This document shows positions 1-14,730 of a DNA stretch of 64,000 nt, piece by piece (positions within the stretch are counted from its first letter, which is position 1; each line of letters begins with the position of its first letter). The DNA is from Octopus vulgaris (lineage: Eukaryota): the NCBI GenBank assembly GCA_951406725.2, contig OX597814.1, positions 34,720,001 to 34,784,000 of the forward strand. The letters run 5' to 3'. A model generated the notes under the pieces. The model saw nothing but the letters and a program-made list of their open reading frames with translations, was not told the DNA's origin and did no database searches. The position numbers and the translations under genes are program-made.

Positions 1-1104
1 ATCAACAAGGAGGAAACCTTTCAAGAATGGAAATTCTCAGGCATCAGAAATAGCTGCCGCAGATGATACACAAAACAAGCATTACTACCTACCTACCAAC
101 CTGCCTGCCTGCCTATCTACCTACCTACCTACCTACCCACCCACCTACCTACCTACCTACCTACCTACCTACCTACCTACCTACCTACCTATCTACCTAC
201 CTACCTACCTACCTACCTACCCACAGACATATACATCCATACATATAAGCAAATACACATCTAGATACATCCATACGCACATACACATACTGATATTTTA
301 ACACGTTTAGTGTTCTTGTAGTGTGGTCCAATGCTTACTTATGATAGTTACGCGTCCTTCTAATTGAACCTAATTGAAATGGTGGTGTTTGAGGCTAACT
401 CCATATTCAAAAATCTTAAAATTATTGGTAATTTCTTGTATTCATATAAATATAGGAGGCGTAATTCACCAAACAATTAGAACTTAATAGTACACTACTC
501 AGTCATTAATAATAAAATAACTAGCAATGTTTCTGATTATTGTAAATGCTTATCACAGCTTCGCTCGAGCAACGGAGCAAAGAAATGCTACTGGAGAATT
601 AGACACGTTTATGGTGTTGATATGATTGGAAAGTGACTTGCGGCGAACTGCGAACCACATATTTGAAACATTCTTCATTGCCAACCTTTTTCCCAATAAC
701 ATCTAATCAATGACCGACCACAAAGGAGAGGATGTGGTACAAGTAAAGTTTTGGAAAAGAAGTGAAGACTGGTTAAAACGTGATATTAACAAACTTGACG
801 CATCTACCTCTTTTGTGAGCTTCAAATAAAAATATCTCCCATATTTGGTGTCATAAAACATTTGATGTCATAAAACCACACCGAAGCACACGAAGTTTTT
901 TGTTGCAAAAGGGCTTCGATAAACGAAGAAGTTATGACAGCAGAAGTCTGAATGCAGGATATTTTTCTGGGCATCACGTTTCTTTTAGTCACGTAGATTA
1001 CCTACTTTAAGTTGTAAATGAGCGTTTTCTGGCTGTAAAATAACCGAACATATCAATATAAAGATGGCTAAATTGATATGCATCGTAAAGATATGATTGC
1101 TTAA

Positions 1105-1170
<66 letters not shown>

Positions 1171-1817
1171 GAAATATTTGATATTTTGCTGTTAACAAAT
1201 ATTTCCTATATTAAGAGATGAAAGTACTGCTATATCATTAACACACGTTTTACCTTAGTTATTATTTTTTAATTTGAAAAAGCCCGATGCCAGAGATGCT
1301 CTACTTATGGTTGTAGCAGTGGTCAATGATTTTTAAAGGATGTTTATGAAACTGTTAAATCTATATTTGCAACGTGACACATAATTTTAAATAACACAGT
1401 TGAAAGGGATAATCTTAAAAATTATAGATATCAGGAGTGGTTTTCAAAAGTTAATGGTATTCATTTCATCTGTATTTTTTGTTAAGAGTAAATGCCACTC
1501 TTTTACGCTATGATCAAGTCATTGCATAGACATTTCCCCATTATATCACGAGTAAATTTTAAAAGATTTAATATTTTACTTTGCTAGAAGCATCAAGTGT
1601 TAACGTTAACATGACGAGTTGGAAAAGAATTCGAAAATTCACAGAATAGATGGCTATCTTATAAAAACGTAAATAACATAATATTACAGCATTAGAAAAC
1701 TTCGATATTTTGATTTCAAGCAGGATGGACAAAAAAAGATTGAGAAAGCGAGTAAAATATAAGGAACAATACTCCACAAAAGAATGAAATATATGTTACT
1801 ATTTCTGGATTACATAT

Positions 1818-2590
1818 TTATTTCTTTATTGCTCACAGGGGGCAAAACATAGACGGGACAAACAAGAACAGACAAAGGGATTAAGTCGATTACATCGACT
1901 CCAGTGCCTAAAAGGATGAAAAGCAAAGTCGCCCTCGGCGGAATTTGAACTCAGAACGTAACGGCAGACGAAATACCACTTAGCATTTCGCCCGGCGTGC
2001 TAACGATTCTTTTCTTCTCTAGGCACAAGGCCCGAAACTTTGGGGGAAGGTGCCAGTCGATTAGATCGACCCCAGTACGCAAGTGGTACTTAATTTATCG
2101 ATCCCGCAAGGATGAAACGCAAAGTCGACCTCGGCGGAATTTGAACTTAGAACGTAAAGACAGACGAAATATCTCTTTCTTTACTACCCACAAGGGGCTA
2201 AACACAGAGGGGACAAACAAGGACAGACAAACGGATTAAGTCGATTACATCGACCCCAGTTCGTAACTGGTACTTATTTAATCGACCCCGAAAGGATGAA
2301 AGGCAAAGTCGACCTCGGCGGAATTTGAACTCAGAACGTAGCGGCAGACGAAATATCGCTAAGCATTTCGCCCGGCGTGCTAACGTTTCTGCCAGCTTGC
2401 CACTCTTTTGTGGAATACGCATTGAAGAATTGTTAGCATACCGGGTGGAGTGCTAAGCGGCATTTCGTCCTTGTTTATCTTCTGTGTTCAAATTTAACCG
2501 GGGTCGACATGCCTTTCATCCTTTCAGGGTCAATAAAATAAGTACAAACTGAACACTGCAGTCCAGCCTTGTAACAAAATTTGAAACCGA
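1818..2590. mobile_element. Cluster of tRNA-derived SINEs (family 1): minus copies 1818-2008, 2009-2171 and 2172-2405; decayed plus copy ~2425-2590
   Basis: Head GGCGGCGAGCTGGCAGAAACGTTAGCACGCCGGG, B-box GAGTTCAAATTCC, core GCCTTTCATCCTTTCGGGGTCGATAAA (Meta/MESC-like central domain as recalled). Confidence 0.85.
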
Positions 2591-2974
2591 CATTAAGTTT
2601 CAGTCAGAATTCTGTAGACTTAAAGCTTAAACTGCAATCATTGTATTCAATCCTTATATATCAAAACCAAAGTTTTTCAATTTGCCAATTTATCAAAACT
2701 GTCACAAGTTATCATCATCGACTTTTGTAATCCAGGAAGTCACAGAAATACACATGAAATTTATCTAGGTGGAGGGCGATTTAGTTGATCCTGTTAGCAG
2801 TACTGATAAATTTAAAACATTTGCTGAAATTTCCTTGTTGATCTGTCTGCAAGTAAGAAACCTCATTCATCTCTATGTAAAAGGGTTGTTGACTAAATTC
2901 TAAATGTTTAGATCCCAAAGTATAACACAACATTTCCAATTCTATACTGTCAATTGTCACAGAAATTGCAATAT

Positions 2975-3395
2975 CACTAGGTACAAGGGGGAGGGATTAA
3001 GTCGATTAAATCAACACCAGTACGCAACTGGTACATAATTTATCAACCTCAAAAGGATGAAAAGCAAAAATCAACCTCACCGAAATTTGAAATCAGAAGG
3101 TAAATACCGTTAAGCATTTCGTTGCTGCCAGCTCGCCGCCATTGAAATATCAGTATTAAATTAATAATTACCCAACTTAAGGCAGCGAACGGGCAGAATC
3201 GTTAACATGCTGTGTACAAGGTTTAGCGGCATTTCGTCCATCTTTACATCCAGAGATCAAATTGTGCTGAGGTTGACTTTGTATTTCATCCTTTCCAGAT
3301 CAATAAAATAAGTACCTGTTAAACACTGGGATCGCTGTAATCGACTTACCCCTCTCCCGTACTTGCTGCCCGTGTGCCAAAATTTGAAATCAATA
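2975..3395. mobile_element. Head-to-head pair of decayed family-1 SINEs (2975-3141 minus, 3178-3395 plus)
   Basis: Degenerate head, core and tail motifs on opposite strands. Confidence 0.7.
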
Positions 3396-6357
3396 TTTAC
3401 CCACCTTGTTTTTTTTTAGTATTTCAAATGTATAAATAATTTTGTTTGAGGTTATTTATTGAGTTAATGTATTTTCTTTTTGTGTATGTTATGTAATAAA
3501 AGCGATATGCGTATTTATTAAAAAAGTTTGTGTATACATATGTTCGTCTTTTTCTATTCCTTTTATTTATATTTATGTAAATATCAACCTCTCCGCTGCC
3601 ACAGTGCTAAATCTCTGTTCTACCGCTTTACTCCTCCTACTGCTTAACATTCAAAAGCTTCGTCACTTTCAGTCTTTCACAAATCTTTCTTTTTTTTTCT
3701 CTTTTTACCTCCATCATTTTCCTCATAACTTATTTATTATCAAATGGTTCTACTTATTTCCTGATCTCACTCTCGTCTCTTTGTCTCATACTTTCCCTTT
3801 CCGTTATCTCTGCCGTAATCTAATGCTATCAACCTTGCATTTATCTCTTCTTACTTTTCTCTTTCTTTTTCCCCCGTTAGAAATGGAATTTTAACGTGAT
3901 GGTTTTAGCAGAAAACTTGAGTAATGTGGAGATACAGCTGATTACGTTGATACGTACGTCATCTCCTAAAACTGACGTAACCAGTTAAAATCATTTACGC
4001 AGGACCATAATTTTAAAGATACGAGTTCAAATTGCAGTCATAACTAAATGTAGTAGGGAGAGCCCCTCCTAAAAATTTTAGCGGGTGCAAAATCAAAATT
4101 TACACTCCCTACATACTTTGCCAAGTTTAGAAAATAATGTCTAAAAATTGATCTGTAAAATCAAGGCCATAAAAGACAAATTTCGCTGGGGCAAAATGAG
4201 TGAGCCAAGATAAGGTAAATTTGCCTCTTCAATTCTCCAGAATTACATTTGAAAACAGACTCAGACACTTCAATATCCGTCTTTAGATATTAGAAAGATC
4301 ATAATTACAACAGAAATTTAAAATATTTAGTTCAAATGAAAGAGAATTAGTTGAAAATGGCACACGATATGAAATATTAACGCAACTCGACTAAATTAAA
4401 ACAACTAGCATGAAATATTCTCCATAGCTTCTTCACGATCTGCTTAAGTGGATCTCTTCCTTTGAAGTTTAAGAGAAAAACAATTATTGAAATTAGTCAT
4501 TACTCACTTTACCCCATTTTACACATCATTTTTTGAAGATTGAAAATTGTCAAATTACACCTTAGTGTAGAAAAAATTGACTTGGAATGCAAAGAGAAAA
4601 GATTATTGATTGTTGCACACCAAAAATTATCCATATATTTTATTAGTAGCCTCAATTACAATAATGTTTAAGTTGAGGACAAAATTCTTGAAAACAAAGT
4701 TTTTGTCACCTGACTGTGTTCCAAACTCCCTCAGCTTCAACAACAACGATCAAATTTGCAGATCAAATTTTACTTCTGAAGATGAAGCAACAATACAAAA
4801 TGGTGATGCTATACTTGTAACGTAATGATTTTAAACATGTAGGGAGAAAATAACGGGAAACCAGAAATTACTCATTTTATCCCTGTAACTAATTTTGCAG
4901 CATCCTTGCATTTTTTTTTCACAAATAGTGTCTTACAAATGATGTCTCCACCTATAATACAACGGAAAAACCTCGCTAAATATTCTCATTCTGAGGTTGT
5001 GTATAAACGTGATTTATTCCATTGAAAATGATTCTATCATATGTCTTCCTGTCTCTCTATGATATTTCTTTTTTATAAATTAGTATACGATTAAAGGGGG
5101 ATTTGACTGATATTTCTAGTAAATCGAATAACCACTTGTAAAGCTCTCTAGTTGACTCTACTGTAGTTTGAAGTGGTTCATTAAAACGAAAGCTTGTTTT
5201 GTGTGAGTTCTGTTTCTGTAATATATAATACTGACTATTTATCAGGTTTGAAACATAGTTAAAGCATTTCAATCGCTTTTGAACTATCCGAAAATAAATA
5301 TTTCCTGCCTCTGGCTAATCTTTTCATTTCATTTAGAGTTGAGCTAAACAGTTACATGCTTTCAAAGCTGATGATATATAAATGGTTATAAAGAGATTTG
5401 AAATTGTTTTGTTGTGATTAGCTTGTCGTTCAGAGGCGCAATATTTGGATATTACTGATTGGTTATATGTACTACAGTCAGTTGATTTGTTGTTACTAAC
5501 AAGATGCAACAATAATAATAGAAGAACCAGTATAACCAATAACAAAAACAATGGTTGCTAAAAGAAGCAATAATGTAGTGAATACCGGGGTTTTCGTGTC
5601 CGTCTTATAAGAACGATAGTAAGCCATAAAATATGAGATATATCAGTGACAGTTTTATAAAGTCAGGCAGTCATTGTTTATATCACAAATATAGACAAAG
5701 CTATCAAATATATCTGATAGAAATTGCAATAAACTTAAATCTTTACACAGCTAGATGTTATTTTTGTCAATACATTCTTTAGATTCTGTTTAGATAATAA
5801 ATATATTTATTTCAGTTACTGTGCATCGTAGACAATTCTACACATTCACAAGTAAATTTGATTTAACGTCGTTTTATTATGTTTTATGTAATATGTAGCG
5901 GATCACCGGTGGCCAACGGGAAGATGCTGAGCTACACAAATAGATCTATTTTGTAATCAGTTCTTCTCTGTTTCCATATTTAAAAGAACTGACTCTAAAA
6001 TACTCAACCAAGCTGTAAATACGTTCAGCTGACTGCTGCAAGTAACTTCTTGTTTCGGGCTTCCTGAGTAATGGTGATTTGAGATCCGAGTTCAATTCAA
6101 TCGGATAATAGTGAGATGATCTCCACCTGGTTGACTCACACGATGTGGATGTTCAAATTCCTTGGGTTATATAACGTTTACAATCTCATGTAACACATCT
6201 TCAATTTTATTCAGTCTATCGTCGAAGAAGTTAGAACAATGTTTTATACGTATGTTCATGTTAACCTCGCTTTTATTAGAAAGTGATCTCCTATATATTA
6301 GGATTATAGGGAATAATAATTTGTTTAATATGTATGATTTTCTCACGCGTAATATTG

Positions 6358-6757
6358 GTGTCAATTTTTGGCACCAGGTCAGTAACTTCAGGGAAGAGGA
6401 TAAGTCGATTGCATCAACCCCAGTGCTAAACTGGTACATATTTCATCGACTCCAAAAAGGATGAAGGCCAAAATCGAAGTCGGTGGAATTTGAACACAAA
6501 ATGTAAAGACGGGCGGAATACCTATTTCTTTACTACCCACAAGGGGCTAAACACAGAGAGGACAAAAAAGGACAGACAACCGGCTTAAGTCAATTATATC
6601 GCCACCCCAGTGCGTAACTGGTACTTATTTAATCGAGCGCGAAAGGATGAAAGGCAAAGTCGACCTCAGCGGAATTTGAACTCAGAACGTAGCGGCAGGC
6701 GAAATACGGCTACGCATTTCGCCCGGCGTGCTAACGTTTCTGCCAGCTCGCCGCCTT
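6358..6757 (-). mobile_element. Composite family-1 SINE (young copy 6522-6757 joined to an older body 6358-6521) with a 15-bp TSD
   Basis: TCACGCGTAATATTG at 6343-6357 and 6760-6774. Confidence 0.85.
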
Positions 6758-8792
6758 TTTCACGCGTAATATTGAGGTATATGAAGTGAAATAGTTTAAT
6801 TAGCGTATCGAAATACCATTAAGTTCACAAATACCGACGTTCAAATTATAAACTCGTTGACCAAATAAAAAATATTTCTAGAGCTATCAATAACTTATGC
6901 GGTATTATCCAAAAGATATGCAATAACTTTTCAAGACAGTATTTAAACTTGTCTATATTTTTCTTCCTGAGTCTCGGATGAATGCGTATTTGGCTGAAGC
7001 AAACAGCTTATTTGATTCTTCTGAAATGTTAGAAGGATAGTATAATGGTTGGTTGTGATAATAAAATATCACAATTTTGTTGAGTTTTCAAATTATGATT
7101 AGAAAAGAGACTAAATTAATATTTAATATTTGGAAGTATTTCTGTATTATTTTATTGTATATGTATTCACATTAATCATTTCTCAACCCCAGTGCTGTTT
7201 TTCTGCTATAATATTTATAATGATTTTATTATGGTGTTTGTTTTACATAAATTATTGTCGTTTGCTTCTTTTATTGCTTCTCATCTAAAGTTAGTTATTC
7301 TCACGTTTCATATCAGATCTGATCGGAAAGACCCATGAACAAAAGAGTTCCAATTGTGACCATTGCGTCTTAGCTTTTCAGCATTATACAATGTGCATCA
7401 ATTTATTTGGAATATAGTAGAGTACGGTTTTAGTGAAATTCAGCTACTCTCTCTAACATGCCAAGCGATCATGTAGACTCTTGTTTTACACTCGAGACAG
7501 CTAGTTGGTCTACTGTTATTTATTCCCGCCAATGTTTACAATGCGTGCTCTTGCTTGTTAAATCCGTTTATTATACTAGCTGTGTATATGAACAATAGTT
7601 TATATGTGATACACTTTCGCTTCCAACCTACCTGAATGTTACTTCAATAAATTTCTGATTATATTGTGTTGTAGTCGTATCGCACAAATATATTATATTA
7701 CTCTGTGTTTATATCGTTGCTAGGATTGTTGTAGGTGAGGCGTAGTACAGCAGCAAATCGATTCCGAAACAAAGTATTGATTCATTTGTCTAATATCACC
7801 GTAACCCTGAACGCTACAATGATTGAATTACGAGCAAGTCATTCCTAGTATCCAGTAACAAAACTGTAGTCAGAAAAAGAAATCCATGCAATTCAAAATC
7901 GCATAGGTGGGAAACGTAAAGTGTTGGTGTACGCTAATCAGGATGAGTCCACGATGTATTTTCGATTTTAGATTGGATCCAATTTCACATAATTTAAATT
8001 TGAAAATTCTTCTTAATTCGGATTCATGTACTTTCATATCTTAATATGTAGCATGCAGTCAGGAACTTAGGAATATATAGCACTAGAAAGAGTGAAGAGA
8101 TATATAGCGTCATTGAGTGTTGAGCAATCCGATATTTATTCCCTGTATTGTAGTTTGTTCATCTTCAGGGTTGAATCCTGTGCAGTATTAGAATAGTGGG
8201 ATATTGACGATCGGTGTCTTGAAACGTATCACGGCGACTTCAAGTATCAATTTGAGACCGCGGAATCATTAGAAATATTCTTTACTGATCCATAGTTTAT
8301 CTGGTGTCAAGTTTTTGATTATGTTTTGACCCAGATCAGGCCTAATCAAGAAGACCTATAACTCAAGACGGCTTAAGTATGGCTGTTGCGTTGCTTTTGT
8401 AAATCAAGGCCTATCTTGGTATGTGTATCTTTGTTTTTTTAAAAAATGCATTCATTTAAGAAATTTCCAGGGAATTTAGATGCTATTTCTCTAAGATGGA
8501 GTAACCACCCAAATATCCCAGTATGTCAGGTAACTTTCTTAGTTATTTGGTATCAAACACATGAAGTTTGTTTAATACAGTTCTAATTCACGACGAACCT
8601 ATTGTACCCCTTTCTGATAATTTCATTTAGTTATATCAGGAAGTTGGTTGGACAAGTTTATATTATGCTGTAGATATTGCAAGGAAAACCGTTAATTGTT
8701 CATTAGCAACAATTGTTTTGATGTTACAAAGGAATAGAAAGAGAAAAGGAAGTGTAAAATGTGAATAGTAAAATAATTTGTGTATGTGTGAG

Positions 8793-8861
<69 letters not shown>

Positions 8862-9250
8862 TAGATAGAAACAGAGAGCAATTTTGATTCTATAACGGTA
8901 AGGCTTCCTGGTGAGGAGCAGGTTCCAAGCTGATCCTTTGTATTTCGCTTCAAAAGAAAATTCGCATGTGATTAATGACAACTATTTGGCAATATATAGT
9001 TTTTTTTCCCCCATAATAGACAACCACAAAAATTATTTATTCGAAAATAGAATTATGTATTAGAGAAAATTAAATACGGTGAAAAGTTGAGGTGAAGAGA
9101 GATACACCTTGACATTATGATCTTTACATTTAAGAAACAATTTGCACAATAATATATTATTTAAAACAAAACGCGTAAAATTGATAATGGTTTCTTTAAA
9201 ACCCAATAACATCTAAGATATTCCGTCAATTTTCTTTCCGTCTTGCGAAT

Positions 9251-9473
9251 ACTCTTTTACTCTTTACTCTTTTACTTGTTTCAGTCATTTGACTGCGGCC
9301 ATGCTGGAGCACCGCCTTTAGTCGAGCAAATCGACCCCGGGACTTATTCTTTGTAAGCCCGGTACTTATTCTATCGGTCTCTTTTGCCGAACCGCTAAGT
9401 GACGGAGACGTAAACACACCAGCATCGGTTGTCAAGCAATGCTAGGGGGACAAACACAGACACACAAACACAT

Positions 9474-9530
<57 letters not shown>

Positions 9531-9692
9531 TACGACAGGCTTCTTTCAGTTTCCGTCTACCAAATCCACTCACAAGGCATTGGTCGGCCCGGGGCTATAG
9601 CAGAAGACACTTGCCCAAGGTGCCACGAAGTGGGACTGAACCCAGAACGATGTGGCTGGTTAGCAAGCTACTTACCACACAGCCATTCTTGC
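9251..9692 (-). mobile_element. tRNA-derived SINE (family 2) with CORE-like segment and internal (TA)/(TG) microsatellite
   Basis: Minus strand: TGGCTGTGTGGTAAG A-box, GGTTCAGTCCC B-box, CCTTGGGCAAGTGTCTTCT, and an (AAGAGTA)-type repeat tail. Confidence 0.8.
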
Positions 9693-11269
9693 GAAATCAT
9701 TTGTTTACAAAATGTGGTTAAATCTTTCGAAAATCCAGCATTTTGTTTCTTTGTTTTATAAAGTCTGGTTCTGCACGATTTTAATTCTTTTCATTTTCAC
9801 TGTGAAATATTACTTTTTAATTAAATTTCACATTAGTCGGTTAGGAGGAAACCAAGCGTTGGTTGTGGTGTATGTTTACAGTTTTTTTTTTCAAGATCAC
9901 AGATGGTTGATAGGTAACTGTAACGCTAGATAAGATACCGATCTATCACAGGATTTCAGCTTAGCTGAGTAAAGCAAAGTGTTCTTGATACTTAGAAGCT
10001 GATCTACTCTTCAGCGTTGAATTTATTAAGAAGGAAGCAAGTTGAACTTAAATACGTATTTGATGCTTTCATGGCAAGACGTAACTTCTACATAGAAAAT
10101 CTCTTTAGTTATGCATAAATCACCTTTGTAAGAAGAAATGCTCAGCCGCTTACATGCAAAATCAATGAGCGGGTTATCAAGTTGATCAAACAACTATATT
10201 CTCATCCTTGAAATCAACGAAGATCTATTGCCAAAGTCTTACTAAATCAACTTCAATATTTGACAATATTTGACACAAGCAGTATCCTTACATCAAACGA
10301 TACTTTGGATGCCAGAAATTCATCCTGTTCAAACTATGTCAATATTGATGTGATTTAATCTTTAGCAAAAGTAGTACAGAGCTCTTATACACTTAACACG
10401 AAATGCACAGCAAACCGTCACCCGTGAGCGAGTATGACTTGGCAACAAGTATCATGCTTTCACAAGTTGTAATATATAACTCTAATAGAAACGAGAAAGC
10501 ATAGACATCCTCTCGCCCACCTCACCGTTGATTCAGAAGAACATCCAAGATGTAATATTTTCAGGGTGGGCTGCATCAGCACCTAGTTGGTATTCTTATA
10601 GTTGAGTAGAATGGAACAATACAGAATGAAGTGTCTGGTGAAGGACAGAACACACTACCCGATCCAGAAATTGAACTCAGGATCATAAGCCGAAAACTCC
10701 TAACCCCGGGATACAAACTTCATTTTGCCATTGCAGGTAAGTAAAAATTTCACATAGTCAATCAGTTGCATATGCATATGGAAAGAATATTTCCTCAAAC
10801 TCCTGTGGAAACGAATCCGTTTCAAAAATAGAAACTTTGGTTTGTGTTGCATATCATTTTAGCTGAATGTCACATTAAAATTGGCATATCTTATAATAAA
10901 TATTTCATGTGAGTTTTCCTGATGTGTTCTTTACTATTTGAAATACCAAACACCTACTTTATCTAAATGCTATATAATCAAGAATAATACAAATAAAACA
11001 TTTAGCTATTAAATCTGCTGCCTGCTTTAGTCAAATTTTAGAAATATTTTAGCTATGTTATAATACGAAACTATTTTTCGTTTAAATTTATGTCTATTAT
11101 CCGACAAATATAACAAATATAGCAAAAGAATTCCAAGCATTTATCCTATTTTCCGTTTTCTACCATATTAATTGCATTGCATGAATTTCAAATGAAGCAC
11201 GTTACGAATGTTATTGATTCCAATTACACTATAAAACTCATTAAAAGTTTTAAATAATTAACGTTAATA

Positions 11270-11725
11270 ATGGTTCCAAAATAGGCACAAGGCTAGCAGC
11301 TTTTTAGAGGGTTGAACCTAATCGACATCAGTGCTCGACTAGTATTTGTTTTACTAGCTTCGAAAGGATGACAGGCAAAGTGCATCTCGATGGTGTTTGA
11401 ACCCAGAATGTAGAGCTGGAAGTGTTTTGTCAGATGTGTTGATATTATTTCCTGCTCACCGCATAAATTATCCTTTCTACTGTAGGCACAAGGCCTGACA
11501 TTTTGGAGGTGGTAGACAGACGATTATATCGATCCTAGTGCTAAATTGGTGCATATTTTATCCGCCACAAAACACAAAAGTTAAAGCCGACCACTGAGGC
11601 ATTTGAACTAAGAACGAAAAGTCAGGAGAAATACCGCTGTGTATTTTACTGGCGTGGTAACGATTCTACCAGCTGTTGTCCTTAATAATAATGATTTCAA
11701 ATTTTGACACAAGGCCAGCAATTTA
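11270..11725 (-). mobile_element. Tandem decayed family-1 SINEs
   Basis: Repeated GGCACAAGGC tail and AAAGGATGA/ATTTGAAC motifs. Confidence 0.65.
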
Positions 11726-11779
11726 AAGATTCTGTCAGATCACTTTTTTAAATAATAATAGACCTCAAACTTTATGGTA

Positions 11780-12360
11780 AAGATGAAGCCCAAGTCAGTT
11801 CCCTCGTTGAAACGATGTAAAAACAAGATGAAAAAAGATGAAGAAAAACATAGATTCTCATCAAGAGAAGAAGTGCTTTCAGCAAAAGAAACACTGCAAA
11901 AAAAAGTCAAAGCAAAATCTCAAAGAACACGATGATTTAAGAAGAGAAACAAATTTTACAAGCAAAATCAGCTGTTCAAATCAAATGCGAAAATATTCTA
12001 CAAAGAAGTAGGGAAGGAGAAAATAACCTATTTCTTTATTACCCACAAGGGGCTAAACATAGAGGGGACAAACAAGGACAGACATAGGTATTATGTCGAT
12101 TACATCGACCCCAGTGCGTAACTGGTACTTAATTTATCGACCCCAAAAGGATGAAAGGCACAGTCGACCTCGGCGGAATTTGAACTCACAGCGTAACAGC
12201 AGACGAAGTACCGCAAAGCATTTCGCCCGGTGTGCTAACCGTTGAAGACCCCACTGCCATGGAAGAAGTTGAAAACTTCAGGAAAAATATCTGGAGTGAT
12301 GAAAATGCAGACTGGATTAGACGCACAGAAGGATCCTACCAAAACTTACCAGAACAAGCC
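11780..12360 (+). pseudogene. R4/Dong-type LINE internal fragment interrupted by a SINE
   Basis: AKETLQKKVKAKSQRTR*FKKRNKFYKQNQLFKSNAKIFYKEVGKEKIT|VEDPTAMEEVENFRKNIWSDE aligns with ETIKQKVSAKAARIARYEKRVRFFKDNNMFKNNTKNFYRKIGK..PSKEEVQRFWNKIWAEE of the intact ORF. Confidence 0.8.
12030..12240 (-). mobile_element. Family-1 SINE, 5'-truncated, inserted in the Dong-like fragment
   Basis: Well-conserved body; TAACC at both junctions; the host reading frame resumes after it. Confidence 0.88.
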
Positions 12361-14536
12361 TCGCGGTTCAATTAGTCTGGATTCTGTAATGGCTATTACA
12401 TCTATTCCTCGTGACCTGAGGTCGTTGAGGAGGTGACCTTGTTTCCAAGGGGACCACAGTCCACGTAAATTTATGCAACCTATTTTGAGTATGACCATTT
12501 GAGTGGCAGGTAAGGAGAAAAAGGAGAGTACTACTTACTGTTAGTACTCTGGGATGGAAGCGGGGTAGATGTGGGGTGTGGTGGTCTCCATGACCAAGGA
12601 TTTATAGAGGCTCGAAGACACTTTTGCATTGAAACCTCCAACTGCCTGTGGAAATTTGGATTTTATGTTGCTGTATGTATGCTGCGATGTTGGAAGTATT
12701 TGTATGTGTGGTGGCGGTGTGTTATCCGTGAGGGAAACAAAGTCAGTCATTTTGATGTCTGTATTTTCCTTTATGCATAATAGTAAGTTTGCGTTGTCTG
12801 TGTTTATGGCGGTGAGTTTTGTGGTGTTTTTGTTACTTTCATTTACTTTTTGTGTTGTCTCTGTTGTTCCTTGAACTGTTGGCTGTGTCTGTGGTGTTGG
12901 TAGTGGTGGTGTTAGTGAAGGTGTTTTAAGCGTGGGTGTTCGTGTGTCGTTGTTGTTTTCGGATGATTTTGAATGCTTTTTTTTTTGAGAGTACAGTCTG
13001 TTTATTTGTTGGTGTACTGTTGTGCCTTTTTCTTAGTCTTTTACTTGTGACTTCTGTCCACTCAATTCTGTCGATCTCTCTGCACGACATGTCGGGAAGA
13101 GTTAAGTCCAGTGGGCCGAAATTTGCTGATTCTTTGTTCCTTTGGCAAGGGCTGCGTTGATGGTATATTAGTAGGCGCTGTGGTGGTCGTTGTGACCAGT
13201 ACCTCTGTTATTGTTGGCGTTGTGGTCTCTCGTGTAGTAGGTGGTGGTGGTGGTGTGTTTGCTGGAGCCCTCTCTGTCTTCTTTTCGTGGGGTTTCTTCT
13301 CTTGTTAGAGTTACTTTTGTTGTTGAGGTTTCTTATGTAGTTGGGGTTGCTTCACTTGTTGTGGAGTGGGTGGTGCTTGTATCAAGGGGGTAGCGCTCTC
13401 CTTCTGTTTTAGTTGAGGGAATAAGGCTTTCAGGTGGTTATTCTGTCAGTATTGATGACAACTTAGCCTTCTGCCCTCAACTGGGACGTTAAGCATTGTG
13501 CCATCTGGAAAGCTGAGTTGGTCCGGAATTTGTTCCAAAAGGTCTTGGTTTATTTGGACCATTATTTGCAATTCCTGAACAGTTCAGTTATATTTTCCTC
13601 GTTTCTCGTCTTAGATGATTCTGATTGTATCTTCCAAGTCGAGAACGGCTGCGACAATCCAGCAAGCGTTCATTTCTGATGGTTTCTCCAGTATTTTTAT
13701 CTTGGCGACGCGCCGTCCCAAGTATGTTGGAACTAGGAAAAGTTTACTATTTCTCAGCTGGGCTGTTGTATGCTGTTTTTCTACGTCTCCTTAGGAAATC
13801 TGACTTCAATTGTGTCATATTTCTTACCCCTCAACCGATATGTTACGTTTTTCCAAATGGGTTACAAGCATTTTTCAACTGCTTGTTTTGTGGTAGATTC
13901 TAAATGTCTATTTTTTAAAGTTTTTTACACTAAGGTATGTTTGTTTGTATTGTCTATAATATCTGGAGGTATGTTTATCGAAACACATCTTTCGCTTTTT
14001 CTTTTTGAAATGGTTTTGTTATCTTTGAGAGATTCTACAGAAACATTAATGAATTCATTTCTAGGCTTTGCCATTGAAAACCTCGGCTGTTTAATGCATT
14101 GGGTTGTGGTTGTTGTTGAGTGTTCAATGTATTAGTGTTAGTGGTGATAGTGGGAGGTCTTGGATTCACAGCGTTCATTAACTAAATTTCTTTGCTCTTT
14201 ATCTCTTCTTTCTCGCGTTTCTTTTCTTCTTTTTCCTCATGTTGCTCAGCGTTACACATACTAGCAAGACTTTGGTAGTCCCTCTCTCTGCTTTTTAAGG
14301 CGCGGAGAGGGCGAAGACAATTGATTTTAAAACATTTTGGTTGTTTTCCGACAGTAGACGGAAAGAAAGAGATGTCGCTCTTCTCCAAGGAGATTTTGCA
14401 AATGAAAAATGAAAGAAATTAAGAATTTAAATTGAAAATTCGCCCCAAAATGGTTAAAGACCCGCCTAACCGTTCAGCTCAGCAAGGGCTCAGTTATTTC
14501 TGGATAATATCTCTACTAATTAAATTTGAGCCTATG
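12361..14536 (-). mobile_element. Decayed Tx1/L1-clade LINE 5' half: 5'UTR, ORF1 relic and start of ORF2 (APE)
   Basis: From ATG at 12498: MVILKIGCINLRGLWSPWKQGHLLNDLRSRGIDVIAITESRL (APE N-terminus). Upstream ORF1 relic LFLVPTYLGRRVAKIKI..IPDQLSFPDGTMLNVPVEGRRLSCHQY*QNNHLKALFP (degenerate zinc knuckle). Confidence 0.8.
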
Positions 14537-14667
<131 letters not shown>

Positions 14668-14730
14668 GTGGTTTCAAATTTTGCCCAAAGGCAGCCATTT
14701 TGGGGGAGGGGATTAGTCAATTACATCGAC

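Noticed and set aside
570-980. DNA transposon relic
   Set aside because: No diagnostic motif or terminal repeat pair identified.
4080-4500. hAT transposase C-terminal relic
   Set aside because: Only a vague resemblance, with too many stops to support it.
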